Shown here: piece after piece, positions 1-12,029 of the stretch
Numbering within the stretch: position 1 is the first letter of the stretch
How the letters are laid out: every line of letters begins with the position of its first letter
DNA from: Squalus acanthias
Lineage: Eukaryota
NCBI GenBank assembly: GCA_030390025.1
Contig: JASTWF010000333.1
Coordinates: forward strand, 186,001-250,000
Reading direction: 5' to 3'
Length of the DNA stretch: 64,000 nucleotides
Translations under genes and position numbers: made by a program
The notes under the pieces: model-generated
Seen by the model: only the letters and a program-made list of their open reading frames with translations
Told to the model about the DNA's origin: nothing
Database searches by the model: none

Positions 1-207
1 TGGAGAGCAACCTTCCAAACGCAAGGGAATATGAGCAGCGCTGCCGCTAAGCTGCGCAGCTGCATGGCCACGCAGCGGTCTGGAGGTCCCGCGCAGGTCG
101 CTCACTGGCTTTTAAATGGGAGTAACCGCACGTGCATGAATATTTGAATGGGTTGCGCAGCCACTTAAAGGGACGGCGCATCCCCCAAAAAATTAAAGGG
201 AACATTG
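1..207. mobile_element. Right end of a non-autonomous DNA transposon (hAT-like)
   Basis: GC-rich tract ending in TTAAAGGGAACATTG, resembling the CAATGTTCCCTCTAA-type TIR of vertebrate hAT-like MITEs. The other end is outside the window. Confidence 0.4.
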
Positions 208-803
208 AATACAAGCCAAGTTTATGCAACCTGTTCTCATAGCTTAACCCTTTATTAAATCCTTAAATTCTGCAGAAGCAACCATTGCCCATTATTGTGA
301 TATCACACTTGACATCTCACAGCAGCTGCCTGCCTGAAACATGGAGCTGTTTCTTATCCTGAAAGATGCAATCCTTGTGGGCAGGTGCTCTGGGAGCAAA
401 ATATGTGCAATCACTTTGAATTAGGCTATTTGAAAGCTCGCTGTACAGTAGAAATCATGTTGAACTTACTGTTTGATGCTGTGCTGTCTGACTAAACAAC
501 ATAAGAACTTTCATCTGAATCATGCAATGTAAAGCTTAGATGATGCTTGAAAAACCCGCTGCAGTTTTCTGAAAGGAGCCAAAGGCAATGAAGCTCAATC
601 CTAGTCTATCCTTTGCATATATTGACAGATTCAATATTTTTTTAAGCTTATTCCAAAGGTGAAGCATTGTCTCTACATTCATCTTGTTCCTTCTGATTGC
701 CTATTGATGTGTTGGTAAAATACCTAATCCTGGAATAGAACACATCTTCCATCTCTCTGTCATGTGTGCATCCAGTCATGAAGATCCTCTTATTAGAATG
801 AAA

Positions 804-901
804 ATGAGAAGTCGCACAACACCAGGTTATAATCCAACAGATTTATTTAAAATTACAAGCTTTCGGAGCTATCGCCCCTTCGTCAGGTAAAGTTACAATG
901 A
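804..901 (-). mobile_element. ~100 bp Penelope-like pLTR fragment with 14-bp flanking direct repeat
   Basis: Flanked by TTATTAGAATGAAA at 790-803 and 902-915. The minus strand carries a hammerhead core followed by a PLE-type 3' end. Confidence 0.7.
853..890 (-). ncRNA. Minimal type I hammerhead ribozyme motif
   Basis: Minus strand reads TTAC-CTGACGA-A-GGGGC-GATA-GCTCC-GAAA-GC-TT-GTAA: stem I TTAC/GTAA, CUGANGA core, 5-bp stem II, GAAA, palindromic AAGCTT stem III. Confidence 0.7.
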
Positions 902-1988
902 TTATTAGAATGAAACTCAGAGGTGATACTGTATGGTACTTGTAGTAATTGCAAGTAATTAGCTGTAACTGAAGCCTCATAAATTAATTAACCTGTTGTT
1001 TCCTTTTTCGTGCTTGTAATATTTAATGAGTATTATAAACTGCTACTAAGCTAAAGTGCAATGCCATTAAGCAAATACTTAAAGCAATATTCTATCTAGC
1101 TTCCACAGCCAGGGATTGTTTCTGTGCAATTGCATTTACATGAATAGCAACAATACCTGCAAAAAGAAAATCATCAAATAACTATTTGCAGAAAGAAAAC
1201 TGCAGAATGAAAGATGTATTTACAATGACTGATACAAATTAAGTATGGGCCTAATTCAAGATAGGGACCATACAAAAGTATGTACACTGGTAAAGGGTGC
1301 TTGGGTGCGTTGAAAAAAGCACACAAAAGTGCATGGAGGAGGAGGAGGGTGGGTTTGTCTAAGCACATGGCAGGTAAATTGCTACGCTGCAGCAGCTAGC
1401 AGCTCGTTTAGATATAAGGGGTAATTTTATGATCCGTTCTGCCAGAAAATTGTTTTATGCTGGCATTACATATCTGCTGTATGACATTAGTCATTGTGAG
1501 AGCCTGCCTAAGTCATTGTAAAAGAAGATGGCCTCGTATTTATGTAGCATTTTCGTCGGGTTTGTTGCTTAAAATGAGCGGGACCCATTTCTGACAGGTT
1601 TCTGCCCTGTAACAGCTGCAATCTGGAGTCTTTCACATGTGTACTCGCAAAGCTGCTTATTAGCGTGCTGGAGTCCACCTTGATTGAGCTGGACTTGTTC
1701 CACAGCCTGAAGGCTTCTGATATTACCCTGATACCATTGGGAAATGTTTGCACTCACATACAATAAGAGGTTCTGAATATCAGGTATAGGATTCCCTATG
1801 GCATTCCTTTGTATCTGATATTTAACAGAGGTACAGAAAGACCAGTGCAGGATGGTGGAAAAGAGAGTGAGGCAGCAATGGAGGAGACAGTGGTCTACAA
1901 GATATTAGCCCCCGCCAAAGAAGTTACAGGCCATACAAATCCTATAAAGACCATAGTGAGGTATCTGTTTCTCGCCTGAGAAATGGGC

Positions 1989-2532
1989 GGCCAGCAATTC
2001 AAAATCATGGGGAACCTTGGCCGCCCCATTAACACCCAAAGCGTCCCTGATTCAATTTTGAGGTGGGCCTGTAAATAGGCGACCAGCCTGCCCGCCTGAA
2101 ACAGGCGATCTGTTGTTTCAGTATGCAACTGGAGGTCCTACACCTGTAGGATCCTGAGTTCAATTTTCAAGTGCAAATAGGCAGAGCTTGTGTCACGAAC
2201 GCTCCACCCATTTGTACAAGGCGATGGGGCCCTAACCAGCGGTCCTTGAAGGGGTCTGCTGGAGAGTGCTCAAAAAAGCAGGAGTACTGCTCTTGAACTC
2301 CCAAAAAAACACCAGCCTGCTGCTGGCCCATTCACAGCCCTCCCCCTGGGATTGCCCCCAGGCCCTATCTGCTGCCTGGATCTGGCCCTCTGAACCACCT
2401 GTGTCTCTGGGATCCGTGGGCCTTTACGCAGGTGAACTCTCCGCAGTCTGGGAGCCTGGAGGTAAGTTCAGAGATGTTTCGTGGGTCGGAGGCATACTCC
2501 GGAGGTACATCTCCGACCGCAATTTCTAGTCC
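1989..2532. mobile_element. Degenerate Harbinger-type MITE
   Basis: Imperfect TIRs GGCCAGCAATT / AATTTCTAGTCC and a GC-rich body like the other MITEs in the window. Confidence 0.45.
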
Positions 2533-2539
2533 ATTATTT

Positions 2540-3371
2540 TCTCCGTTACCTTTTATTTACTTAAAAGGAAAGTGTGTGAGTGAGTATGGAGCAATGTGTT
2601 TGGGTGATGTGCCTCCCATAGTTGAATAGCTGTCATGGTGTGAGATGTGGGTGTGAGTGTTGGTAGGTAGAAATTGTTGGTGGGTGAGTTATGGGGGTGT
2701 GGTGCTTTGGGCAGTGTGTGAACATTGTGGTACAGATGGTGGTATGTAGCATTTGTTAAAGCATTCACTCACCCTGACCACCTGAGTGAGGCTGTTAAAT
2801 TTCTTCCTGCACTGTGTGCGGGTCCTGGAGACCACAGTGCTGGTTGAGATATGCTGTGCTACCTCCCTTCACATGGTGCAGAAGACTTGCGGTGAGGGCC
2901 CCCTGCCACTTGCCAGGTAGAGCACCACCCTCCGTCTCTCCACAGCGAACACCAACGCCTCCAATGCTTGATCGCAGAATCTGCGGGCTCGCTCCCTGGG
3001 GCGTGGATCTGCCATGAGTGCAGCTGCTTCAGTCCTCCAACTCCTTCTCCTTCTCCTTGTCCTGCTTCTGCTTGCTGAGGCAGCTGCACAGCCAGCAATG
3101 CTGAGAATGAGGTTCTGCAGCATCAATGAACCTCCCCTTTAACACTGAAAAAAGCCTGTGGCAATCACGATTAGACCACACCCGATCTTGGTCCACCCTT
3201 TGGGTGTAACGCCAATGAGCTTGGGCTTTAAGACTTGAATTAGGACTCCAATCATTTTTTTGAGCAGTGAGCACGAATTTCGCGTGCAGTCTACAGCATT
3301 AGCGCCTGGCACTAATTCTTCAACTTTTCTACTGATACCACCCATTCCTGGGCTATAATGAATTTCTAGCC
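2540..3371 (-). mobile_element. PIF/Harbinger transposon remnant (terminus plus Myb gene 5' part)
   Basis: Ends in the TIR-like AATTTCTAGCC at ~3361-3371 and contains a Myb/SANT exon. Confidence 0.65.
2773..3015 (-). pseudogene. Harbinger Myb/SANT-like DNA-binding protein exon 1, one nonsense codon
   Basis: Translates MADPRPRERARRFCDQALEALVFAVERRRVVLY...CTM*REVAQHISTSTVVSRTRTQCRKKFNSLTQVVR, then a GTGAGT donor. Matches the Myb_DNA-bind_5 (NAIF1/MSANTD-like) pattern. Confidence 0.75.
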
Positions 3372-3375
3372 TGTA

Positions 3376-3390
3376 GGGTTTTAAGCAGTT

Positions 3391-3421
<31 letters not shown>

Positions 3422-3644
3422 ACTTGTGGTGGCCAAGCGTTCATAGCAACATTGTTTTTTGATCCTTCAGTGTCGGCTCTTCCTATCATTGTGAAGCAGA
3501 ATTCACCAAGCGTGGATTGTTCACCCACTAATAGGAACGTGAGCTGGGCTTAGACCGTTGTGAGACAGGTTAGTTTTACCCAACCGATGATGTGTTGTTG
3601 CAATAGTAATCCTGCTCAGTACGAGAGGAACCGTAGATTCAGAC
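3376..3644 (+). pseudogene. 28S rRNA pseudogene fragment (domain V 3' part to sarcin-ricin loop)
   Basis: Contains GTGTCAGAAAAGTTACCACAGGGATAAC, GTCGGCTCTTCCTATCATTGTGAAGCAGAATTCACCAAGCG and the SRL AGTACGAGAGGAAC. Shows CpG-type substitutions and 1-nt deletions, with no flanking rDNA. Confidence 0.95.
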
Positions 3645-3715
3645 TTCCTGTGCTTCCTGATCTTTGTAAATAAGTTTGGTTTGTAAGTCATTACTGCGTA
3701 CAGCTGTGGCCAGGG

Positions 3716-3789
3716 GCCCTGAATTTCCACAGGGGTCTTCTGCCATAAATTTGGCTGAGGATTGACAGGCCCTTCCAGAAATTCAGGGC
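3716..3789. mobile_element. Very short MITE
   Basis: Perfect 12-bp TIRs GCCCTGAATTTC / GAAATTCAGGGC enclosing ~50 bp. Confidence 0.5.
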
Positions 3790-4399
3790 AAGGGTGTCGG
3801 TGGAAGCAGGCAACTCATTTCCTGGCGCAGATTTCCAGGTGCAGTAATGGTGGGTTTGCATTTAGATCCCTAGCAATGTACTGGGAGTTGCGTCTGTATA
3901 GTATTGTGCACTGCCTTGCAGGAATTGACATCAATCTGTGATTGTGCTCTCTGAAATCAAAATATGAACCATCATCCACCTCATAAATGCTCATCGTTCA
4001 TCAAAAAATACAGAAAAAATTTATGTAACGACATGATGACTAGGACTACTATCACTAGGCATTCTCAGTGCCACTGTCTTAATACCCTTGGGGAATGGAA
4101 GCAATGAAGAATTGGCCATCTTGTTTCGAAATGAAATGTATTGTGCCAATGAGTCACTGATCTAGGATATGGATTTAAATCCATGACCTTTATAAGAACA
4201 GAATTTTTTTTTTAAATCAGCACTCCGTTAAAGCAGTAAAGACACATTTTAATTCATATATTATGGCTAAACTCCAATTGTAAAAAGAAATGCATCTCTT
4301 CACCATGAGGTAAAGCTCACTGCAGCCAAGACAGGCCCATGAGTTTAATTCGAGATAAAATTAAAAATGCAAATTCTGAAAATCTGAAATAGAAACAGT

Positions 4400-5064
4400 G
4401 GGCTGGATTTTGATACAGGGCGGGTTGGGGTCGTGTCATCCGCATTTCGTGTTATCCACCCGACTGCAATTGGATGTGGGAGATTGATGCAATTTTCACT
4501 TAATTGGGCAATTGAGTTCCAGCATGTGGGAACCCATGAACCAATTAGTGGTTTCAGTCTGAAAGTCGCCTCTGATGATGTCGTCATTGCTGCTGCATTG
4601 AAGGTCTTCAGAGACTGCCTGGCTTTTGCTGTGAGAGGACCTGGATGCAAAATGAGCAGCAGCTCTAAGGAGAGAGAGAATTTTTTTTTGCTCCACCACT
4701 CCCAAATGCCCAGCCAGCCACTCACTGATAGTCAGGGCAGCCACTGATAGTCAGCTATCCAAATGTGCTCCCGCCAGGTTTCACAATCATGTTTCAGAAC
4801 AGGCGTGCTTCACGTAGAACAAGGGTTAAAATCACAAAGGCCTTTCAAAATGGCATTATAGAGCCAATATAGTGCTTGTTAAGGGCCTTAACAGCCTATC
4901 CCATCTCTTAAAGGCGGGACGCAGGCGGGACCAGCAGACACGATTTAATGAAAATTGCGTGGAGGCGGGATGGAGGCGGATTTGTGCCCGCCCGCCACTT
5001 TTTGCAATTTTAACCCCCCACACGCCTCCAAACCCGCCTCCACGGGTCAATGAAAATCCAGCCC
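4400..5064. mobile_element. Harbinger-type MITE
   Basis: Perfect TIR GGGCTGGATTTT / AAAATCCAGCCC. Flanks AGT/AGC form a near-match 3-bp TSD. Confidence 0.75.
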
Positions 5065-5079
5065 AGCAATTTTTTTTGT

Positions 5080-5462
5080 CTGCACTTCAGTCCCATGCTC
5101 CTGATCTTTGGTCACCCGATGCGGGGGAAGGTGGGTAAGTCGGAGGACCTCATCGTAGGACTGCTCCTGGGCCTGGCCAAAGTGGCCATCAACTGGTCCA
5201 GGCAGCGGGCGGTCGAGGGGGTCGTTCGGCCCGACTGCCTGCCTCTCTTCCGCAGCTGCGCTCATGCCTGGGTGTCCCTGGAAATGGAGCACGCAGTGTC
5301 CACTGGTACGCTCGAGGCCTTCCACGACTGGTGGGCACCGGAGGGACTGGAGTGCATCATCACCCTGGAAACAAAATGTAATTTAATTTATTAAGTTTCC
5401 TTTATAATGTTATTTTAAGTTACAGTTTATCAGTTGAGCCCCTTTAAGAAGGGGGGCCCTTG
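5080..5462 (+). mobile_element. 5'-truncated Tx1/L1-clade LINE 3' end
   Basis: ORF 5050-5394 has LLIFG...LLLGLAKVAI...F...W, typical of the Tx1/L1 ORF2 C-terminus, followed by an AT-rich 3' UTR. Confidence 0.65.
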
Positions 5463-6504
5463 CTACCTTTTAATTGACAATGATACCTGTCATCAATTAC
5501 CGTAATTAGCATAAAAGGCAAAAACAGCAAGTCCATGAACATCTGAAAATCAGCTTCTGGGCCTCTTTATCCCAAAATAATACTATTGTGTATTTTCTAT
5601 ATATCTTCCGAATAAGCACCTTTTAACAGGCAGATTATCTTGGCTCCTACATTGATACAAAATAATGTTGTAAAAACTGTGGTGCCCTGTAGCTTTAAGA
5701 TTATGTGCCTGGTCACAGGAGAAGTTTCTACTGAATTTCTGAGTTATTCATGAGCGTAACTCAACCAGAAAGTGCACTTAAATCCTCACCACTGTTCAGT
5801 GCACAAATTTATTCCCTTCCTTTTCTATTCCATAGGCCTTATGTTGAGCTGATGGTTTTTTCTCAATGACCCACATAGCAGCAATATTGCCCACTTATCA
5901 GTTTGTTACAGAATGATAAATTCATGTAATTCTGTCACTTCTATCTTAAGTAACTCACACTGAAAGCCATCATTCTGAAGATTCGGGCATGATTTGAAAC
6001 CTCAACAAATAAGCAAGATTTGAAGGAGAAAATTCACATTTGTGATCATGACAAGGAACATCATTTCAGCGCTGTCTTTTGTGATGGTATTCTGAGTGAT
6101 TTTCTGCATTGATGATACCATTTAAATTGTGGTGACTGAAGAGCTATTTGTGCAACAAAATGCCTTGGTGGTTGGTTGCTTTGAAGTGTTTAACAGATTC
6201 TAGCATTATATTTCGAGGTTAAGTATTAGTGTGGATATTTGATTCTGTGACGGGTACCTGGCACAGTCTATTAATGCAGCTCAAAGTTCATAATTGCTAC
6301 TACACATTGACAATTAAAGTATGAAAACAATCACAAGTCACTTGTGGTTTTATTCCAATGCGAGCCAACATTGGAGCTACAGGTACTTCCAAGTAGTTGA
6401 GTGTTAGCAACAGAAATCCCTCAGGTTCTTAGTTCATTCTGAACTATTGTATACTCTGGGCTTCCATATAGAGTTAAAAAAACAGATTAAACTATTTAGT
6501 TTAA

Positions 6505-7547
6505 AAACAACAACAACAACAACTTGTATTTTATATCGCGCCTTTAATGTAGTAAAACGTCCCAAGGTGCTGCACAGGAGTATTATAAGACAAAAAATTT
6601 GACACCGAGCCACATAAGGAGAAATTAGGGCAGGTGACCAAAAGCTTGGTCAAAGAGGTAGGTTTTAAGGAGCGTCTTAAAGATGGAAAGAGAGGTAGCG
6701 AGGCGGAGAGGTTTAGGGATGAAATTCCAGAGCTTAGGGCCTAGGCAACAGAAGGCACGGCCACCAATGGTTGAGCGATTATAATCAGGGATGCTCAGGA
6801 GGGCAGAATTAGAGGAGCACAGATATCTCAGGAGTTTGTGCGGCTGAAGGAGATTACAGAGATAGGGAGGGGCGAGGCCATTAAGGGATTTGAAAACAAG
6901 GATGAGAATTTTGAAATCAAGGCGCTGCTTAACCGGGAGCCAACGTAGGTCAGCGAGCATAGGGGTGATGGGTGAACGGGACTTGATGCGAGTTAGGACA
7001 CCGGCAGTCGAGTTTTGGATGACCTCAAGTTTACGTAGGGTAGAATGTGGGAGACCAGCCAGGAGTGCATTGGAATAGTCAAGTCTAGAGGTAACAAAGG
7101 CATGGATGAGGGTTTCAGCAGCAGATGAGCTGAGGCAAGGGCGGAGACGGGTGATGTTACGGAGGTGGAAATAGGCGGTCTTTGTTATGCTGCGGTATGT
7201 GGTCGGAAGCTCATTTCAGGGTCAAATATGATACCAAGGTTGCGAACAGTGTGGTTCAGCTCAGACAGATGTTAGGGAGAGGGATGGAGTTAGTGGCACG
7301 GGAACGGAGTTTGTGGCGGGGACCGAAAACAATGGCTTCGGTCTTCCCAATATTTAATTGGAGAAAATTTCTGCTCATCCAGAACTGGATGTCAGACAAG
7401 CAGTCTGACAATTTAGAGACTGTGGAGGGGTCGAGAGAAGAGGTAGTGAGGTAGAGCTGGGTGTCGTCAGCATACATTTGGAAACTTACGCTGTGTTTTC
7501 GGATGATGTCGCCAAGGGGCAACATGTAGATGAGAAATAGGAGGGGA
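6505..7547 (-). mobile_element. L2-clade LINE, 5'-truncated
   Basis: RT motifs YADDTQLY and LRWLPVKQRLDFKIL, and an (AAC)n tail at 6505-6523. Nearly identical to 49077-49675. Confidence 0.9.
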
Positions 7548-7582
7548 AACAAAGAAATCAAAGAAACACTTTACCCATGTAC

Positions 7583-8342
7583 ACAACAACAGCAACATGC
7601 ATTTATCTAACGCCTTTAACGTAGTAAAACCTCCCAAGGCGGTTCACAGGAGCATTATCAAACAAAATTTGACACCGAGCCACAAAAGGAGATATTAGGA
7701 CAGACGACCAAAAGCTTGGTCAAAAAGGTAGCTTTTAAGGAGTATCTTAAAGGAGGAGAGAGAGGTAGAGAGGTTTAGGGAGGGAATTCCAGAGCTTAGG
7801 ACCTAGGCAGCTGAAAGTACGGCCACCAATGGTGGAGCAATGACAATCGACAATGCGCAAGTGGCCAGAATTGGAGGAGCGCAGAGTTCTCAAAGGCTTG
7901 TCGGGCTGGAGGAGGTTACAGAGATAGGGAGGGGTGAAGCTATGGAGGGATTAGAAAACAAGGATTAGAATTTTAAAATTGAGACGTTGCCAGACCGGGA
8001 GCCAATGTAGATCAGCAAGCTCAGGGGTGATGGGTGAGTGGGACTTGGTGCGAGTTTGGATACAGGCAGCAGAGTTTTGGATGAGCTCAAGTTTATGTAG
8101 GGTGGAAGATGAGGGGCCGGCCAGGAGAGATTTGGAATAGTCAAGTCTAGAGGTAACAAAGGCATGGATGAGGGTTTCAGCAGCAGATGAGATGAGGCAG
8201 GGCGGAGTCGGACGATGTTGCGGAGGTGGAAATAGACAGTCTTGGGGGATGGCATGGATATGTTGTTGGAAGCTCATCTTGGGGTCAAATACGACACCAA
8301 GTTTACGAACTGTCTGGTTCAGCCTCAGACAGTTGCCAGGGA
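7583..8342 (-). mobile_element. L2-clade LINE 3' fragment
   Basis: LIHAFVTSRLDY and LHWLPV motifs, with an AAC-type tail at 7583. Confidence 0.88.
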
Positions 8343-9194
8343 CACTTACTAAAGACACAACTACTTGCTTTGTTTTAATCACAGCCACGGAAACATTGCT
8401 CAGAATTACAATGAAACCTGGAATAATGACCCACCTGTCTTGTGATACCTCTTCATCTCACACCAGACAGTAAATATATAACTCCGACTTCAGCCTGTGT
8501 CAGGAAACAACCTCTGTAATTAAATAAAAACACAATGGAGCAAGATTTCCTCAGTATGCCATGTGTAACAAACTCACTAAACCATTTATAAAGCACAGGT
8601 TCACAATTTTATTACATATAGTGTACAGAGGAAATATTCCCTCCCATATGTCCATTGTGAAGGAGCTCATCATATTATTTCCATTATAGTTATTTCTCTT
8701 TATTCTAAACCAGGTCAGCGGGTGGTTAGAATTGCCACAGTGGCTTACGTCCTTCACTCCCTCTATGTTCTATGGGTTGCAATTTTAACCTTGAGCAGGT
8801 GGGAGACACACCTGCCAGATGGCAGTGGGGTCCTTCTTTAAATATGCAGATTGGCTCGGATGATTTTAACCCAAGGCTTGGATGGTGAGGCCGTCGCAGC
8901 TGTCCTGCAAGGCTAAACTGGTAATAAGCAGGAGTGGAACCATAAGAAACCCTGAATGGTGAGTTAATTTATTTTTGTTGGTTTTCCTTATAGACCAGGA
9001 GGAGTAAAAGTAGGCCTCCAGGCCCCACAAGGAATCCTTGGCCTCCACTGTCCCGAAATTTCCTCCTCTTCCTCTGAATGCGATGCCCTCTCAACCCACC
9101 CTCCTAATCATTTATCTGACTTCCAGGGACCGTTCCTTTGACTCCCCACCTGTGGTCTCCTACTGCCAAAAGTTTCGCTCCCATCCGCCAGACA

Positions 9195-9475
9195 TTAAAC
9201 TAAAACACTGTCTGCCCTCTCAGGTGGATGTAAAAGATTCAATGGCACTATTTGAAGAAGAGCAGGGGAGTCCTCGGCAATATTTATCCCTCAACAACTA
9301 GAAACAGATTATCTGGTCATTATCACATTGCTGTTTGTGGGAGTTTGCTGTGTGCAAATTGGCTGCCGCGTTTCCTACATTACAACAGTGACTACACGTC
9401 AAAATTCTTCATTGTCTGTAAAGCGCTTTGGGTCATCCTGAGGTCGTGAAAGGCTCTATAGAAATTTAAGTCTTG
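9195..9475 (+). mobile_element. Deu-domain SINE (SacSINE1-like), headless fragment
   Basis: Matches the body of 57924-58300 (GTAAAAGAT..ATGGCACTATTT.GAAGAAGAGCAGGGGAG; GCAAATTGGCTGCCGCGTTTCCTACATTACAACAGTGAC) with an L2-like tail. Confidence 0.7.
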
Positions 9476-10160
9476 CTTTTTATTATCTGGTCTTTGCTTT
9501 CATTCATTGCACATATAAAGATGAAGTCACTGGTCAGTGCTAGAACTAATTACTCATTCAGATCAGCTTCTTCAATACTTACTGACCTTTGTTCTGAGTC
9601 TAACACACACTCTGGCTCTGGTGACTCCAGGAACAGTAGGCAGCCATCGTGACTGAACCGAAACAGCAATCAAATTACTGCCAACTGAGCTGACTCCGCG
9701 GGATCAATTTATTTTATTTTCCATTTGATGTGTCTTCATACTGCGCAAACTTTTGACCTTTTTTTTAACTATTTATTTCGAAAACTTAGAAGGCGCAGAA
9801 CAAGGCAAGCATATAAACAACATGGACCGAACAGAACTTCTAAAATAATGAAAAGCCAGATGCTAAGGCAAAGTATGATACAACGCTCCAATTTTTAAAA
9901 AAAAGCACATTTATCGAGCTGAGCATTAACGTAAGGCCTAAAACACACAACTACAAGCAACCAGACAAGGGTACCCCAAAAGGAAGCAAAAAATCCTTTA
10001 GCGCCAAGAAGAGCATCGCAGCATCCAGGCTGCCTCCTCCCAAGGAAGAAGTATTCACAGCAAGCAGGATGTGACTTGTTTGACTGAACCAGACAATCCA
10101 TCCCCAAAAATGGCAGCAGGACAGATGCAAAATCATGTCTTGAACATTTATGAAAACAAT

Positions 10161-10903
10161 GGGCCAAAAATTCATCCCGCGACGCGAGAGTACGCACTGC
10201 GTACTCTCGCGTATTCCCACTCCAATTGCCGGTTTTCTGCATGCCCTGCGCATGCGCTGAAAACCGGCAATTGGTCTTTTGAAAAGGGGGCGGTTCCTCG
10301 GTGCATCGCGTGCGCGCTACAGGCTGCGCGCACGCTGTGCACTTCATGCTTTGGACGCGCAGGTAAGTACGGAAGATTTTAGAAATGGAAAAAGGAGGAG
10401 TAAGACCCACTTTTAACAAGGTAAGTAGTGAATTAAGTATTTTTTTGAATTTTTTTTAACAGGTATATCTTTTTTAGAGACTTTAAAGACAGGTAAGTTT
10501 ATTTTTATAACTTTTTAAAAGATTTTAAATTTTTTCAAAAATTTAATTTTTTATTTAAAATGGTTAATTTATTTAACTATACTTATTTTATTAATGTGAT
10601 GGGTTTTTTTTTAAATTTAATTGAGGTTTAGCTGTTATTTTGGGGGGTGTAAGATTCATAGATTTCACAGCACGTATGTGAAACTTATGAATGGAAGATG
10701 GTGTGCTGCCATTGGCTCTAACTGAGTCACGTGATCCCACAGCTCGCACGAATTCACTACGCCGGTGGGATACGCAAGCACTGCCCAGCTGATGTCTGGA
10801 ACATCAAGTTCGTGCGAGCTGGATCTGAAAAAGCACAAGCGAGATGAGACATCGCGGGGAAGGCTTACCCCCGCGGGAACAGAGCGAGATCAATTTCTGG
10901 GCC
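10161..10903. mobile_element. MITE family A (Harbinger-like), orientation 1
   Basis: TIRs GGGCCAAAAATT / AATTTCTGGGCC, flanks AAT/ATT. Close inverted match to 37816-38558. Confidence 0.85.
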
Positions 10904-11356
10904 ATTATATTTCGTGTTTTAAAATACATGATAGAAGTGTGGTAAATAATTTATTCACAGTGATTGACAAAAAAATGCGCTGCTATTTATTAATCGCCTG
11001 TTTAATATTTGTATCAATGCTTTTAGATATAAAATAGGTAAACAGATCTTACTCCAAAGGGAAGGTGATTTCTTGCATTAAGTTTTTTTTATCACTCAGA
11101 TCCATGTAGAAACTAGCATTTCACTGCCTGCAGGACTTTTTGTCCAAAATTGTGGATAGAAAAAAAACCAGGTGGTTTAAAATAGTTTCCACAATCTAAA
11201 CTACTCTAGAATTGATTTTATTGAACAACAACAGCAGTTTGTATTTATATAGAGCGTTTAACATCAAATAGTCCAAAGGCTTCACAAATTGGCAAACTGA
11301 AAATGATGCCAAGCAAAGAAGGAAGAGATTAAAAAGGCTGTTAATAAGGCTGTGTG

Positions 11357-11925
11357 CCTCGAATTTTAACAGCCTTTTAGATTTATCAGCTGCGGGCCTG
11401 GTTTTCCAGGGCTCGGGAAACCCAGCAGCTGAAGGGAGATGAGAAGGGCCAGATCTAGCAGGTAAGTGGTTTCCCAGCACTGATTGCAGGCCAGGAAGAG
11501 TGGGAGTACTTCCTCCAGCCCCTCAAACAAACCTGCTTCCCTCCCCGCGATCCAAAGACACCCCCCCCCCCCCGGTCAACGATCTGAAGCACCCACCTCC
11601 CCCCCACAATCCACGATCTACCCCGCCGACCCACAATCTCCACCCCGATCCACAATCTCTTCAACCCCCATCCCCGTGATCTCTCCCTCCTTCCCTCCTC
11701 TCCGCTCCCCAGGTGCGGTCTTCTAGCACAGGCCTTCCCAAGGACGGCCAGCCAGCTTCTCAACCTGGCTGGCTGCCAGCCGGGAAATGGAGAAAAAAAA
11801 TTCAAATAAGGTCGTGCCTTTAAATTCGGCAGGACTTCCGCATTACCCACATTTCCGGGTTTCCCAGCTGCTACAACCCACACCCCTTCCCCCCACCCCC
11901 TCACATCCCCGTAAATAGCAGGGCC
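11357..11925. mobile_element. MITE family E
   Basis: Body similar to 13071-13705, ending in GGGCC-TTT. Confidence 0.6.
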
Positions 11926-12029
11926 TTTCGATTTTGAACTGCATGCACTTGGGACAGGGAGCTGGTATAGATACAAATAGTGTGGTCAGCATGCATGCAG
12001 CACAGTTTTGGACCAATTGGAGTTTATGA

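Noticed and set aside
1616..1770. Exon-like segment after a pyrimidine tract and CAG
   Set aside because: The open frame ends in a stop, resembles no protein I recognise and has a weak donor.
3376..3644. Functional rRNA gene
   Set aside because: Only ~270 bp, mutated at conserved positions, with no rDNA unit context.
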